A stretch of 63,604 nucleotides of DNA, counting the filler, from Octopus bimaculoides (Eukaryota): the NCBI RefSeq assembly GCF_001194135.2. It is 4 parts of 4 records of this genome, joined end to end, with 100 filler letters (N's around TTAATTAATTAA, not from the genome) between each part and the next. Parts side by side here need not be neighbours in the genome. Positions count along the whole stretch, not along the records: positions 60,523 to 63,604 come from NC_068988.1; 3 more parts are not named here. One strand, 5' to 3'. Within the stretch, counting starts at the first letter, position 1. The number at the start of each line of letters is the position of its first letter. The notes beneath the pieces were generated by a model. It ran no database searches. It was not told the DNA's origin and was given only the letters and a program-made list of their open reading frames with translations. The translations under genes were made by a program, and so were the position numbers. Shown here piece after piece: positions 63,544 through 63,604 of the stretch.

Positions 63544-63604
63544 GGCAACGCGCTGGCAGAAACATTAGCACGCCAGGGAAAATGCTTAGCGGTACATCGT
63601 CCGC
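63542..63604 (+). mobile_element. SINE family A head (cut by window end), inserted after (TAT)n
   Basis: aaggcaacgcgctggcagaaacattagcacgccagggaaaatgcttagcgg. Confidence 0.75.

Overview
This is eukaryotic, repeat-saturated draft genome sequence: AT-rich, very dense in (AT)n, (AC)n, (AGAT)n, (AG)n and triplet microsatellites, with many N gaps that nearly all start or end in a microsatellite. The SINE, LINE and microsatellite content points to a coleoid cephalopod, most likely Octopus (inference). Only one confident protein-coding gene is present: an intact, intronless 421-aa class A GPCR on the minus strand (29527-30792). It most resembles the SREB group (GPR27/85/173) and lacks the DRY arginine and the NPxxY motif. 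A splice acceptor upstream shows that its 5' UTR is spliced. A CpG-rich block with a strong minus-strand donor at ~49.2 kb is a candidate distant first exon, and the SINE copies between the two mostly show CpG decay, as expected in a methylated gene body. The rest consists of several tRNA-derived or RTE-related SINE families, fragments of RTE and restriction-like-endonuclease (R4/Dong-type) LINEs, mariner and maT (Tc1/mariner) relics, a 163-bp fold-back hairpin, and assembly artefacts (100-bp spacer gaps, duplicated gap flanks). Nearly all ORFs in the supplied track are translations of microsatellites or N runs. There is no CRISPR array, rRNA or intact tRNA. Family assignments come from motif recognition, not database searches, and TE boundaries are approximate. 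SINE family letters (A, BC, D, R, E) are my own labels.
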